From: Octopus sinensis
Lineage: Eukaryota
Length of the DNA stretch: 64,000 nucleotides
Assembly: GCF_006345805.1 (NCBI RefSeq)
Contig: NC_043000.1
Span: 20,646,001 to 20,710,000, forward strand
Direction of reading: 5' to 3'
Within the stretch, counting starts at the first letter, position 1, and each line of letters begins with the position of its first letter. The notes beneath the pieces were generated by a model. It was given only the letters and a program-made list of their open reading frames with translations, had not been told where the DNA came from and made no database searches. Shown here in pieces: positions 1 through 12,971 of this stretch. A program made the translations under genes and the position numbers.

Positions 1-73
1 ATTTGAGCTTTGTAAAGGACTTGAACGATGGAGGCTAACTAGTTCATGACTACACAGGTGGGCAAGTATACAT

Positions 74-479
74 ACTCTTTTGCTTGTTTCAGTCATTTGA
101 CTGCGGCCATGCTGGAGAACCGCCTTTAGTCGAGCAAATCGACCCCGGACTTATTCTTTGTAAGCCCAGTACTTATTCTATCGGTCTCTTTTGCCGAACC
201 GCTAAGTAACGGGGACGTAAACACACCAGCATCGGTTGTCAAGCAATGCTAGGGGGACAAACACAGACACACAAATATATACACACACATATATATATAT
301 ATATATACATATATACGACAGGCTTCTTTCAGTTTCCGTCTACCAAATCCACTCACAAGGCATTGGTCGGCCCGGGGCTATAGCAGAAGACACTTGCCCA
401 AGATGCCACGCAGTGGGACTGAACCCGGAACCATGTGGTTGGTTAGTAAGCTACTTACCACACAGCCACTCCTGCGCCT
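74..479 (-). mobile_element. tRNA-derived SINE, family B (about 400 bp, internal CA/TA microsatellite, (AAGAGTA)n tail)
   Basis: Head AGGCGCAGGAGTGGCTGTGTGGTAAG...GGTTCAGTCCC. About 20 approximate copies: 3968-4371(-), 8087-8490(+), 12421-12826(-), 13090-13508(-), 18390-18801(+), 22330-22510(-), 23205-23590(-), 24040-24760(-), 25155-25545(+), 25567-26170(+), 27070-27803(-), 29800-30455(+), 32555-32860(+), 35175-36000(+), 39983-40383(-), 50092-50455(-), 52993-53405(+), 58715-59240, 59860-60230. These produce the recurring MLGGQTQTH/MSSNARGT pseudo-ORFs. Confidence 0.9.
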
Positions 480-976
480 GTGTACGTATGTGTGCATGCG
501 CGCCCACGTGAGCGTGCGTGTGTATGTGTGTGTGTGTGTGTATTAATTTGCTTAACCATGAGTTAGACCAGTGGTTCTCAGCTTTTTCCCGACCATCACC
601 CACTAAAACCTGTTTTTAACGTAAGCTACGTATTGGTAATATTACACCAAAAAATCATAACAAGTATTCTTTTCTACTCTAGGCACAAAGCCCGAAATTT
701 TGAGGGAGGGGGCCAGTCGATTAGATCGACCCCAGTACGCAACTGATACTTAATTTATCCACCCCGAAAAGATGAAAAGCAAAGTCGACCATAAATATTA
801 TGTAATTAGGAATAATCAACACTAAAAATATGTCCTTTCGGTATTATGTGATTTGAGGAATTTGGTTACTATTTCTGCCAGATCGAATGATTACACAGAG
901 GTTATCTCGACTTGTATGAGTGAATATATGAGTACCTGTACATATTTCATACATACAGCTAACTCCAGATTATAAC

Positions 977-1149
977 CAGTAGCGTAGCTGGGGTAGGACG
1001 AGAGGGTAGTACACTCCGTGTTACGATTTTACAGGAGCGACTGTCTTGGGTCTGTTGTATAAGCCAGCATAGGATTGTAGGGGCTCGAGTGAGTGGAACA
1101 ACAAACTCAAGCACTGCACCGGGCGGCACACACTCTAGCTAAGCTACTG
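977..1149. mobile_element. hAT-like MITE
   Basis: TIR CAGTAGCGTAGCT / AGCTAAGCTACTG, degenerate 8-bp TSD attataac/gctataac. Related copies near 31170-31445 and 45330-45545. Confidence 0.6.
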
Positions 1150-1269
1150 GCTATAACAACCTATATAATAAATAATAATAATAATAATGAAATTATTGTA
1201 TACAGTGCTCAGGTGCACCACATCTTGTCAAAAGTGCGCATAAAGCATATGCAGTAATGTACAAATGTA

Positions 1270-1690
1270 TGGGAAGTGAACAGTGTATGAGTCAGATACA
1301 TGCTTGTGTGTGTATGGAGGGAAGAAAATCAGGTGTAGTGTTGGCGAATCTCAGGAAGCATGGAAGTTTTGAAGGATGCAGTGCTCCGACAACTAACAAC
1401 TGATGCCAGCAGTTGTTCCATGCTTCAGCAACTCTCAGCGTGAAAATATGTTTCCGAAAGTCATGGGAGCTGTGCTGTTTTCTGACTTTGTAAATATGTC
1501 CATGGGCGTTAGACAAGTGGAGTTTGAAAAGGTGCTCAGAGTTATTGTTAGTAAGATGATTAATAATTTTATAGGTGTCTGCCAAGTCAGCTGCCAGACG
1601 TCGGAGTTTCAATGTATCCATGCCCCATAGAAAGCCACGAAGAAACCTATACATGGTTAGCATCTACCTAAAATCTTACCCAACCATCCT
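1270..1690 (-). mobile_element. CR1-clade LINE 3' fragment (end of RT ORF)
   Basis: LKLRRLAADLADTYKII...HGHIYKVRKQ...FRKHIFTLRVAEAWN resembles the CR1 ORF2 C-terminal motif (RRLRGDLI..YKI...RGH..KL...RV...WN). Confidence 0.7.
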
Positions 1691-2369
1691 GGAAAAGAAA
1701 ACGACGAATCGGTGTAATGTACTTTTGCTTGTTTCTAAAAAGATGAGAGTTATCGTCATAGATTTTCTTCGTCGGAAATGACTTGGGCCTGCCTATAACG
1801 AAGATGGTTAATAAGGGAAATGTGGAAATGGATATATAACTTGAGATGAAATGAACTGGTAAGCGACTATTTATTCTCCGTCATAAAATACAATGATTGC
1901 TATACATGAAATAAAATAACATTAACAGGTTACAAGGATGCAAGAGCGGCTTCGTAGTTAGGCTGGACTGATCTTGTAAACAAAGTTGACGCACTGTCTG
2001 GCGTGTAGAGGCAGCCGTTGGTCTGTTGGTCATGCAGTGATGCAATGATTTAGACGGGTGTCTGGTGAAAATGAAAACGGAGACAGACGGGTGGCAGAAC
2101 ATCGTTGCCGAAGACGAGTTGCTTGTGGTTAATGGCGCGTGCCAAAGACCTAGAACAGTCGCGAACTGCCGTTCTTATAGGGAATAGTAGGCTCCCAGAA
2201 GTTAGAGATTAATTTCCCGCGTAAGGAAAAGTAAACTGTTGCGCCAACACAATTGGACAGCTAGAATCCGACTAATACAAACAAAAGGTTTGTTTAATCA
2301 CTAGGTCATGTGACCGCTGGACCGAAAAGGCCTTGTGGAGTCGATATTGGGGTATTTAAGCCTAGATGA

Positions 2370-2658
2370 GTGGAGGCACATGGCCTAGTGGTTAGAGCAG
2401 CGGACTGGCGGTCGAGGGATCGCGGGTTCGAATCTCAGACCGGGAGATGTGTGTGTTTATGAGCGGAACACCTAAGCTTCACGCGGCTCCGGCAGAAGGT
2501 AATGGCGAACTTCTGCTGACTCTTTTGCCACAACTTTCTCTCACTCTTTCCTCCAGCATCTTGCAGCTCACCTGCGACGGACCGGCGTCCCGTCCAGGTG
2601 GGGAACCTATACACCAAGGAAACCGGGAAACCATCCCTTATGAGAAGGAACAAACAAC
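2370..2658 (+). mobile_element. tRNA-derived SINE, family A2
   Basis: A box TGGCCTAGTGG, B box GGTTCGAATC, 12-bp TSD AAGCCTAGATGA. Confidence 0.9.
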
Positions 2659-3385
2659 AAGCCTAGATGAATCAAAACGAAAACACCTCATACAATGACA
2701 GTGTAAATCACTTCTGCTACAGGCCTCAAAAATAAAAACTATTACAATTCATGAACCAATTTAATAATTAAACCAAATTTTAGTCATAATTCCGTCTATG
2801 TCATATGGGATTTATATACACCAGCACTTTATTTTCTAACCCGTCACTGAGAGAAAAGCTAGGTTGCCCACTGTGAGATTTGAACTCAGAACGTAAAGGA
2901 TTCAACAAGTTTGTCCAATATCCTCATGATACCGTTAATTCGTCACTTAGCTTTGATCGTTCTTTCTGTTTTCCTTTTCCCCAAGTTTTAACTATTTTCT
3001 GGTGATATCGTATGATTTTAGATTGTGTTCTTCCAGTCACATTCGATCGTTACTCTCAGTATATTTTATTGCTGTGGGAATGTCATTCAGAAATATTCCG
3101 TAATGAAAAATATAAAAACGCGTTCCTTTTTTGATTTGGTTCAGATCTTTGAGGATTTAGTGATAACTGGAAGTCATGTAGACAATAGATTATTTTATTC
3201 AAACGGAAATAAAGATATTCGAATGGAGCTCACGCATAAACATCTGCTATAGAACTTATCACAAACCATTGTGTGAGTTTATCTATGGTCGTTGACCTGC
3301 TGAAATAGCAGGTCTTGCTATCGTTTCCTACAAAACACATCCTAACGTCTTAAAAATTGAAGGACACATTAAATAGTGTAGTTCT

Positions 3386-3777
3386 GTGGAGGCGCAATGG
3401 CCCAGTGGTTAGGGCAGCGGACTCGCGGTCGTAGGATCGCGGTTTCGATTCCCAGACCGGGCGTTGTGAGTGTTTATTGAGCGAAAACACCTAAAGCTCC
3501 ACGACGCTCCGGCAGGGGATGGTGGTGATCCCTGCTGTACTCTTTCACCACAACTTTCTCTCACTCTTACTTCCTGTTTCTGTTGTACCTGCATTTCAAA
3601 GGGCTGGCCTTGTCACTCTCTGTGTCACGCTGAATATCCCCGAGAACTAAGTTAAGGGTACACGTGTCTGTGGAGTGCTCAGCCACTTACACGTTAATTT
3701 CACGAGCAGGCTGTTCCGTTGATTCGGATCAACCGGAACCCCCGTCGTCGTAACCGACGGAGTGCTTCCATCCATCC
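3386..3777 (+). mobile_element. tRNA-derived SINE, family A
   Basis: A box TGGCCCAGTGG, B box GGTTTCGATTCC, 11-bp TSD AGTGTAGTTCT. Confidence 0.9.
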
Positions 3778-4425
3778 AGTGTAGTTCTAGATCAACAAAA
3801 ATACGAGTGTAATGCTTTTAATCGTAGATCTGAGCTGACCTGGGGTTAAACAACAGCGACAAACGAAAGTCGTTTAAACTATTGCAAATAAAAGAAATTT
3901 ACTTTGATATTTATTTGAGGTTGGTCATTTTAATTCATGAATTCCAATATTTTTTTATTATTATTTATACTCTTTTTCTCTCTTTTACTCTTTTACTTGT
4001 TTCAGTCATTTGACTGCGGCCATACTGGAGCACCGTCTTTAGTCGAGCAACTCAACCCCGGGACTTTTTCTTTTTGTAAGCCCAGTATCGGTCTCTTTTT
4101 GCCGAACCGCTAAGTGACGGGGACATAAACACATCAGCATCGGTTGTCAAGCAATGCTAGGGGAACAAACACAGACACACAAACACACACACATACATAT
4201 ATATATATATACATATATACGACAGGCTTCTTTCAGTTTCCGTCTACCAAGGCATTGGTCGGCCCGGGGCTATAGCAGAAGACACTTGCCCAAGATGCCA
4301 CGCAGTGGGACTGAACCCGGAACCATGTGGTTGGTTAGCAAGCTACTTATCACACAGCCACTCCTACGCCTTATAGTAAATAAATGTAATAAATGTGTTC
4401 TTTATTGAAAGCCAGTAATTGATTA

Positions 4426-5289
4426 GGATCTTTTCCTTTTGAACGGCACTTTGTAACATAATTTCTAGGTAACTAAAAAGTTTTAAACTTCGTATTCTGG
4501 TAGAATGTGTTTATAAAACATCATTTTTCTTGGCTTTATTGAGTAAATTCTATATGTTGTAAGATATTTCGTCTTTAATTTTGAGCATTTCGGCAATTTT
4601 AACCAATCGCTGACCTCCATTTAGGTAAATAACATTCTGTGCATAATGAATATGTCCCCCCTTTAAGAAACAGATTGGGTTTATTTACATTTGTGAAGAA
4701 AAAAAGATACCCTTCCCCTACCCCTAACCCTAACTAACCCTAACTCTAATCCTAAATCTAAAATAGATTGAAATGCAATACTAGGGTTATAATTATGTGT
4801 GACAATTTCATACGACACCGCTACGGAAATGGGATTTTTTTCTAGCGGTGTCAAATGAAAATGTCACCCATAATTATGGCCCTACTATCGATCTATTGCA
4901 TTTCAATCTATTTTAGATTTAGGGTCAGAGTTAGGGTTAGGGCTAGGGTTAGGGGTTGCATTTCAATCTCTTTTAGATTTAGGGTTAGGGGTGGGGGGAA
5001 GGGTATCTTTTTTTTCTTCACAAATGTAAATAAACCCAATCTGTTTCTTAAAGGAGGGACATATTCATTATGCACAGAATGTTATTTACCTAAATGGAGG
5101 TCAGCGATTGGTTAAAATTGCCGGAATGCTCGAAATTAAAGACGAAATATTTTACAACCTATAGAATTTTCTCAATAAAGCCAAGAGAAAATGATGTTTT
5201 ATAAACACATTCTACCAGTATACGAAGTTTAAAACTTTTTAATTACCTAGAAATTATGTTACAAAGTGCCGTTCAAAAGGAAAAGATCC
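4426..5289. mobile_element. Foldback MITE with 8-bp TSD (ATTGATTA) and internal (TTAGGG)-like tracts
   Basis: TIR GGATCTTTTCCTTTTGAACGGCAC at both ends. The whole element is palindromic around about 4835. TSD at 4418-4425 and 5290-5297. Confidence 0.85.
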
Positions 5290-5838
5290 ATTGATTATAC
5301 AAAAAATATTACTTTAGAAGCATTTGCAGTGGAACTGTTATTCTATTAACACTTCATGGTTTGATAAATTAGGTTTTAAAATACTTTTATTTCAGTAAAA
5401 AAAAAGTTGGGGTGGAAAACTTCCAAATGTTCAGTAAAATTGCGTTTTGCCTTCTGCTTGCGCAAAAACTGTATAACATTACTTAGGTGGTTTCAGTCTC
5501 CACTTATCTAGCCATCAGATAGCGAAAGGTCATAGTTTTATCACCACTAGTCGCCAAATACGACATTATTAAGAACCACGCTGTCGCGAGATTTGTTTGC
5601 TTTTCAAAGTCCTCTTTGAGGCCTCCTCCAATCTACTCGTGTCCAGCTGAGAAAAACAGTTGGGTGTTGAGATTCAGATAGTATATATAAATTAGTGGAA
5701 TTATATTTTTATAAAATGCCCTGTGTGAGTAGCTCTTGGTGCCTTAGGAATACAGACGAGATAAATGCGCTCCAAAACCTCGGTTCCGTATACCATCGAA
5801 TCACATGTGAATGTAACTACGGTGTTGTTGTCGATTAC

Positions 5839-6241
5839 CGATCTTTTCGGTTAGACAGGCAGTTTTTTTTAAATAATTTCCACGTAACTAAACACTTTTA
5901 AACTTCGTATACTGGTAGAATGTGTTTATAAAACATCTTTTTCTCTTGGCTTTATTGAGAAAATTCTATAGTTTGTAAGATATTTGTTGTTTTTTTCTTC
6001 AATTTCTGCAATTTCAACCAATCACTGACGTCTATTGAGTTAAAAAAAACATTCTGTGCCGTATGAATATGTCCCTCCTTTAAGAAACAGATTGGGTTTA
6101 TTTACATTTCTGAAGAAAAAAGTACCCTTCCCCCAGCCCTAACCCTAAAACAGATTGAAATGCAATAGATCGATACTAATTATGGGTGACAATTTCATAA
6201 GACAACGCTAGAAAAAACTGCCGTTCAAACCGAAAAGATCC
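5839..6241. mobile_element. Unit-length MITE of the same family as 4426
   Basis: TIRs GATCTTTTCGGTT... / ...AAACCGAAAAGATCC. Body matches the arms of 4426-5289. Confidence 0.8.
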
Positions 6242-6477
6242 CGCACCCCTAACTTAGTGATAAATTTTGCTACTAAATTTTTGCCTTCATAGTTTTAGTT
6301 TTACCCCGTGTTTAAGTCGCTCTCCAGTTCTCTCAGTTAAAACCAAGTATAAAATAGAGCGGCTTATACACGAGTAAATACGGTAGCTTTCTCACTTTGT
6401 GAGACCCACAGCAAGCTTCCGTTACGTGGTCGAGTTGTTGTAGTTCCCTTTACTACATCCATCTGGTCTTCATACAT

Positions 6478-6915
6478 TTAGCACGCCGGGCGAAATGTGT
6501 AGCTTTATTTCGTCTGCCGTTACGTTCTGAGTTCAAATTCCGCCGAGGTCGACTTTGCCTTTCATCCTTTCGGGGTCGATTAAATAAATACCTATTTCTT
6601 TATTACCCACAAGGGGCTAAACACAGAGCGGACAAACAAGGACAGACATAGGTATTAAGTCGATTACATCGACCCCAGTGCGTAACTGGTACTTAATTTA
6701 TCGACTCCGAAAGGATGAAAGGCAAAGTCGACCTCGGCGGAATTTGAACTCACAACGTAACGCAGACGAAATACCGCTAAGCATTTCGCCCGGCGTGCTA
6801 ACGTTTCTGCCAGCTCGCATACCAGTTATGCACTGTAATCGACTTAATCCGTCTGTCTGTCCTTGTTTGTACCCTCTGTGTTTAGCCCCTTGTGGGTAGT
6901 AAAGAAATAGGTATT
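6478..6915. mobile_element. SINE family C, one copy nested in another in opposite orientation
   Basis: Consensus GGCGGCGAGCTGGCAGAAACGTTAGC...GAGTTCAAATTCC...CCCCTTGTGGGTAGTAAAGAAATA. Other approximate copies: 672-795, 13820-14830, 21770-21980, 26572-26950, 31490-31700, 34625-34856(-), 36106-36340(+), 45602-45845(+), 48735-48963(-), 51988-52150(+), 59245-59755(-), 60472-60888(+). Confidence 0.85.
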
Positions 6916-7234
6916 GCTTCACAGAAGAATTCCTTCATTTGTGATTCTATTTCGTCTGATGACTTTGAGAAGCTTCCACTGTTAGTGAAATATATCCAGC
7001 TTATTGGCCTACTTTACTGCCATTTTTTTTCTATGTTCCATTTCCGCAAGGAACTATTTACAATAGTAAAACTATATTTCACGCACTTTGTGCCTTCTAC
7101 TTATACGATGATGTGCTAAACTACTGAGACCCAAATGTCTTTGTTATGGACTCAATGCTGCAGCATCGGTAACAAGATACAAACCAGCAACTCTTTACGA
7201 CCTAATCCACTCGGTTATTTATAGCATTTACTTC

Positions 7235-7650
7235 AGATCTTTTCGGTTTGAATGGCAGTTTTTAACATAATTTCTAGGTAACTAAAAAATTTTAAACTTC
7301 GTATACTGGTAGCATATGTTTATAAAACATCTTTTTCTCATGGCTTTATTGAGAAAATTCTATAGTTTGTAAGATATTTGCTGTTTTTTTTTCTTCAATT
7401 TCAGCAATTTCAACCAATCAGTGACGTCTATTGAGTTAAAATGCATTCTGTGCCGTATGAATATGTCCCTCGTTTAAGAAACAGATTGGGTCTATTTACA
7501 TTTGTGGAGAAAAAAGATACCCTTCCCCCACCCCTAACCCTAACACTAAAAGAGATTGAAATGCAATAGATCGATTCTAGGGTCATAATTATGGATGACA
7601 ATTTCATATGACACCGCTAGAAAAAACTGCCTTTCAAACCGAGAAGATCC
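7235..7650. mobile_element. Unit-length MITE of the same family as 4426
   Basis: TIRs AGATCTTTTCGGTTTGAATGGCAG / CTGCCTTTCAAACCGAGAAGATCC. Degenerate 8-bp TSD tttacttc/tttatttg. Confidence 0.8.
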
Positions 7651-8566
7651 TTTATTTGTTTGGCACATTAAAAGTTTAAATATGTTATACCCATTACTGC
7701 TCTCATGTGTTACTTTCCCTGCCTGAGGTTACCGTGGTCTTTTCCGTAGGCTTTTCTTTCCACGTCCACGCCTAATCTGTTTTACATTTTTACCCCGCTT
7801 TATTTTGCTGTTTACACGTCCCAAACGCTTTTGATCCCTTTCGATCGCATTTTTTTCCTTCTTTCTTTCTTTCGAAAAGAAAAGTTCTACATTGTATTGT
7901 CCCCTCTGTTTTCGGCCCTGCGTGGCTAAAAAAGAAAGATATATTCCTTTGTCAATAAGTTTAAACGACTCTCGCTATTTTTTCACCTCTAGGTTCCCTA
8001 CATTCGGTAATCTGGTATAATCTCCACGTAGCTTTCACAATCCTTTGTAAACTCGGGAATTTTTCGGCGCTGTCATGTTGCTATTCTACGCAGGAGTGAC
8101 TGTGTGGTAAGTAGCTTGCTTACCAACCACATCGCTCCAGGTTCCGTCCCACTGCGTGGCACCTTGGGCAAGTGTCTTCTACTATAGCCTCGGGTCGACC
8201 AAAGCCTTGTGAGTGGATTTGGTAGACGGAAACTGAAAGAAGCTCGTCGTATATATGTATATATATATATGTGTGTGTGTTTGTCCCCCCCCCCAACATC
8301 GCCTGAAAACCGATGCTGGTGTGTTTACGTCCCCGTAACTTAGTGGTTCGGCAAAAGATACCGATAGAATAAGTACCGGGCTTACAAAGAATAAGCCCTG
8401 GGGTCGATTTGCTCGACTAAAGGCGGTGCTCCTGCATGGTCGCAGTCAAATGACTGAAACAAGTAAAAGAGAGAAGAGATAAAAGAGAAATTTGTATTTC
8501 AAATCATTGCAACATGGAAAGAGTTTACTCATCAGTAAACAACGATCGATGTTACTGTCGGCCTCA

Positions 8567-8800
8567 TCTATTATATAAAATCCGTTCTGTCTCTGTGTGT
8601 GTGTCTTCTAGGATCTCGGGCATCCTCCATCCGATTGCGCTCAAATTTGATGTGTAGATACCGACGGTATCAGGACGTGTATAAGTCTTGAAAAAATTAC
8701 AAAAATCTGTTCCAGGTGAGAATGCGATCGATAAAGTGAATAAAATCGTTTTTCTTTGGAATAGAAAAAAAAGTCTATCTTTATTTCTTCTTTTGCTATA
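8567..8800 (+). mobile_element. Helitron-like 5' end fragment (right boundary approximate)
   Basis: A|TCTATTATATAAAATCCGTTCTGTCTCTGTGTGTG start resembles the 11688 5' end. Confidence 0.4.
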
Positions 8801-8838
8801 TATATATATTAGAAGGTTTGGAGATGAGGTACAGGTAT

Positions 8839-9095
8839 TATATATTAGAAGAAATAAGGTACTCAGAAATCTGGATGGTTTTATATTTACAGATATTTAT
8901 TAATATGTCACATGTTTTTATAAATCATATATCACCGCTTGCGTCCACTCTAGTGGAGTTTTCAGTTTCTGAAGACTCCACTAGAGTGGACGCAAGCGTT
9001 AATATATGATTTATAAAAACTTGTGACATATCAATAAATATCTGTACTTATAAAACCATTCAGATTTCTGAGTACCTTATTTCTTCTAATATATA
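8839..9095. repeat. Foldback palindrome (arms about 127 bp, 3-nt loop at 8966-8968)
   Basis: tatattagaagaaataaggtactcagaaat...gagttttcag | ttt | ctgaagactcc...atttctgagtaccttatttcttctaatata. Confidence 0.9.
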
Positions 9096-9677
9096 TATAT
9101 ATATATACACACACACGACGGGCTCCCGTTTTTTAACATTATTTTTGTTTACGCCAATTTGAAGAAACTGCTTCTAATGTTAGATATGAATATTGAACTC
9201 CTGAAACATGCTGTTCTGTTGGAATTTCTTCTTTTCCAACGAACGTCAGCGACAAGTATTTTGCTTTATAACTACAGTGAACGGACTAGCATTCAACTGA
9301 CTAGGATATCGTTATCTACTCGGAGCAATCTGAAATCCATCAAATATTATTACATAGATCTCGAATATTCATAAGAGATTCTCAGTATATCTGAGTCGGA
9401 GTATTATAAAGAAAAATTCAGATTTTTTTTTGAGCTGGGAGAAATAATGATAATTGGAGGAGGCTAATTGGGAAATCATTTGAATTCTAACAGGTTTGTA
9501 GTTTGAAGAGAGAAATAAGCAGGCGGTGAAGTTATAGATTTATGCTATTCTGAATAAGAAGAAATGCTCAAAGTATTTATAACACCCTAGAGTTGACGTT
9601 AAGGATGGGAATGACCTAAGAACATCAAACACGTTTAAGTAAAGGAGACAATCTATTGATACTACTGATCTATAGAT

Positions 9678-10050
9678 TTTTTTGGAAGCACTCTGTCGAT
9701 TACGACGATGAGGGTTCCTGTTGATCCGAATCAACGGAACAGCCTGCTCGTGAAATTAACATGTAAGTGGCTGAGCACTCCACAGACACGTGTACCCTTA
9801 ACGTAGTTCTCGGGGAGAAGTGACAAGGCCGGCCCTTTGAAATACAGGTACAACAGAAACAGGAAGTAAGAGTGAGAGAAAGTTGTGGTGAAAGAGTACA
9901 GCAGGGATCACCACCATCCCCTGCCGGAGCCTCGTGGAGCTTTAGGTGTTTTCGTTCAATAAACACTCACAACACCCGGTCTGGGAATCGAAACCGCGAT
10001 CCTATGACCGCGAGTCTGCTGCCCTAACCACTGGGCTATTGCGCCTCCAC
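9678..10050 (-). mobile_element. tRNA-derived SINE, family A
   Basis: Reverse copy of 3386, TSD GATCTATAGAT. Confidence 0.9.
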
Positions 10051-10512
10051 GATCTATAGATAGTGGCGTTTTAAGGCATGGATACAGTGGGAAGTTTCTC
10101 AGGGTCTTCACGGGCATAGGGAAACAATTCTGATCTATGTATGATGTGGCTTACAGTCAATGTACTCTTACAACAGTGCATTGGTTTTTTTCTCGGGTGG
10201 GGCTGCTCTAATGTTGCTAAGACGGTCCTGTCTATGGGCTAATATGCCCTAGAGAGTTCAGATAGCAAATTAGATAAGAATCTCAGTTGTAAGAGTTTTG
10301 TTGTATCACTAAAACCTTTGAGGGTAGAATATTTATATTAAAGCAAAAACGTTAAAGACGCAAAATATCTTCAAGTGACAAGCGAGAATCGCTCTCTTCA
10401 AACTTTTATGTTTCGTATATTATATGCAAATGTATGTAAATAATATGTATATTATATGCATACGTGTAAATGTGCGCTTGTGTGAGAGTGTATGTTTTAA
10501 TGCTGGGTGTGT

Positions 10513-10548
<36 letters not shown>

Positions 10549-10609
10549 TGGACATTTAGATATATGCTGCTGTAGATACATTCATGCACACATATAATAT
10601 ACATTCACA

Positions 10610-10764
10610 CTCGTATGTATGCATGTATGTATGTGTGTATGTATATACGTATGTATGTATACCTGTATGTATGAATGTATGTATGTATGTATGTATGTAT
10701 GTATGTATATATGTATGTATGCATGTATGTATGTATACATGTATATATGTGTGTATGTATTTAC

Positions 10765-10795
<31 letters not shown>

Positions 10796-11203
10796 TGTAT
10801 GTATGTATGTATGTATGTATGTTATGTATGTATGTATGTATTTACATATGTATGTATACCTGTATGTATGTATGTATGTATGTATGTATGTATGTATGTA
10901 TGTATGTATGTATGTATGCATGTATGTATGTGTGTATGTATTTACATATGTGTGTATGCCTGTATGTATGTATGTTATGTATGTATGTATGTATGTATGT
11001 ATGTATGTATGTTATGTATGTATGTAGTATGTATTTACATATGTATGTATACCTGTATGTATGTATGTATACCTGTATGTATGTATGCATGCATGCATGT
11101 ATGTATGTATGTATGTATGTATGTATGTATGCATGTATGTATGTGTGTATGTATTTACATATGTATGTATACCTGTATGTATGTATGTATGTATGTATGT
11201 ATG
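10610..11203. repeat. (TATG)n mosaic microsatellite
   Basis: Visible directly. Source of the MYVC/HTYI ORFs. Confidence 0.95.
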
Positions 11204-11687
11204 CAGAGAATAAATTAATAGATCTAAATGATAGAATTCTAGACACTTCAGCCTCTAATTTGCAGCTTTATAATTGTTTCTTCAAATATGGTTGAGACAG
11301 ACTTCGCTTATCATCTTAAACAGGATCAATTAAATAAATACGAATGAATTACTGAGGTTGTCATTTAGCCCCAGGTCAGCTGTAATCTGGCAGAACTATG
11401 ATGAAAGACGTTTCAGTCAAAACCACTTCGTTTTTTATTCAGATATTAATTAATCTAGGACAAAGTTGTATTTTCTTTTTCTTAACAGTAGAGTATGATT
11501 TAAAGCGAGACTGAGCTGATATTTCTAGCAGTCCGAGCGACCACGTAGAATCTTACTCGTTCGTTACTGAGGAGTCTGGGAGTATTTGCTAATCCTCAAA
11601 AGACACGAAGTCAAAACTTATCTCAGCTGCAAAGAATCTCAGTTGTAAGAGTTTTGTTGTATCACTAAAACATTTGGGGGTAGAATA

Positions 11688-12179
11688 TCTACATATATAA
11701 AACTCTAGTTGTGTGTGTGTCTGTCCCCTTCGATTTAGATTCCTAACTCCTCCCACATTTTGCGGTGCAGTTTAACCAAATTCGGGTATCTTATAGTCGT
11801 GATTCATATCGAGCCCGTCTGGCTATTAGCGCGCGTCAACGATGAGTCTACGATTTAAAAAATAATTTAACATCATTTTTTATTCCATTTTAATGCATAA
11901 TTTTTCGTGTGTCGATGGCGGCGGAGTTGGCGTCCATGGTCACACCTGCACCTGTTTGCTTCTCCCCCTTCTTCCCTCCCTCGTGAAGCTGTGGGGAAGG
12001 GAGTGTAAAGAAATCAACGTCGTAATGCGTTGTCAAGGAGACCAGCGTTCTTTTAGAACAACGACTTCATGGCTTGAAGACACCAAAACAGAAATGGCTA
12101 AGAAAGGGAAGTAACTCTCTAAAAATGCTTATATAGTTATTTCCCTTACAAACCCGAGCAACGCCGGCGATACTGCTAG
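11688..12179 (+). mobile_element. Non-autonomous Helitron
   Basis: 5' A|TCTACATATATAAAA, 3' GC hairpin cccgagcaacgccgg then CTAG|T, no TSD. Empty-site paralog at 10331/10332. Confidence 0.85.
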
Positions 12180-12923
12180 TTTATATTAAAGCAAAAATGT
12201 TAAAGAAAGATGCAAAAGATCTTCAAGTGACAAGCGAGAATCTCATTAAATTATTCTCTCTTTATTTACACACAGACAGGGTGGGTGCTGAAAAGTTCTT
12301 GACTTTAAGGGTGTCGCGAAAGGCCTGGCTGGAGACTCAACCTTCCGAGTTCTTTCATACGGCTTAGAAGAACTGAAGAATTGTCGCCATAAAAGTGTGA
12401 ATCTAAGAGGGGAATATACACTTTTACTCTTTTACTTGTTTCAGTCATTTGACTACAGCCATGCTGGAGCACCGCCTTTAGTCGAGCAAATCGACCCCAG
12501 GACTTATTCTTTGTAAGCCTACTACTTATTCTATCGGTCTCTTTTGCCGAACCGCTAAGTTACGAGGACGTAAACACACCAGCGTCGATTATCAAGCGAT
12601 GTTAGAGGGACAAACACAGATACACAAACATATACACACACACACACACATACATATATACAACGGGCTTCTTTCAGTTTCCGTCCACCAAATCCACTCA
12701 CAAGGCTTTGGTCGGCCCGAGGCTATAGTAGAAGACATTTGCCCAAGGTGTCACGCTGTGGGACTGAACCCGGAACCATGTGATTCGTAAGCAAGCTACT
12801 TACCACACAGCCACTCCTACGCCTATGTTGAATACAATCGTAAATGATTCTCCTGTATTTTCCTTTACCCAAAACCAGGAACTTTTCAGCAACCCCTCGT
12901 ACAATTATGTGCGTGTGTGTGTT

Positions 12924-12971
<48 letters not shown>

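Noticed and set aside
236-511. Recurring about 60-150 aa ORFs (MSSNARGT..., MFIERKHL..., MRNWYLI...)
   Set aside because: They are chance frames within SINE families A, B and C, repeated wherever the SINE occurs.
3386-3460. tRNA-like heads with A and B boxes
   Set aside because: They continue into SINE bodies with tails and TSDs, so they are not tRNA genes.
4710-4990. TTAGGG/CCCTAA runs as telomere or interstitial telomere
   Set aside because: They are short, degenerate and internal to a MITE family present several times.
10556-11295. Long ORFs such as MYVCMYVC / HTYIHTYI (also 17000-17450, 36483-37639, 51393-51797, 33500-34222)
   Set aside because: These are translations of stop-free microsatellites, open in several frames on both strands, with no coding signal.
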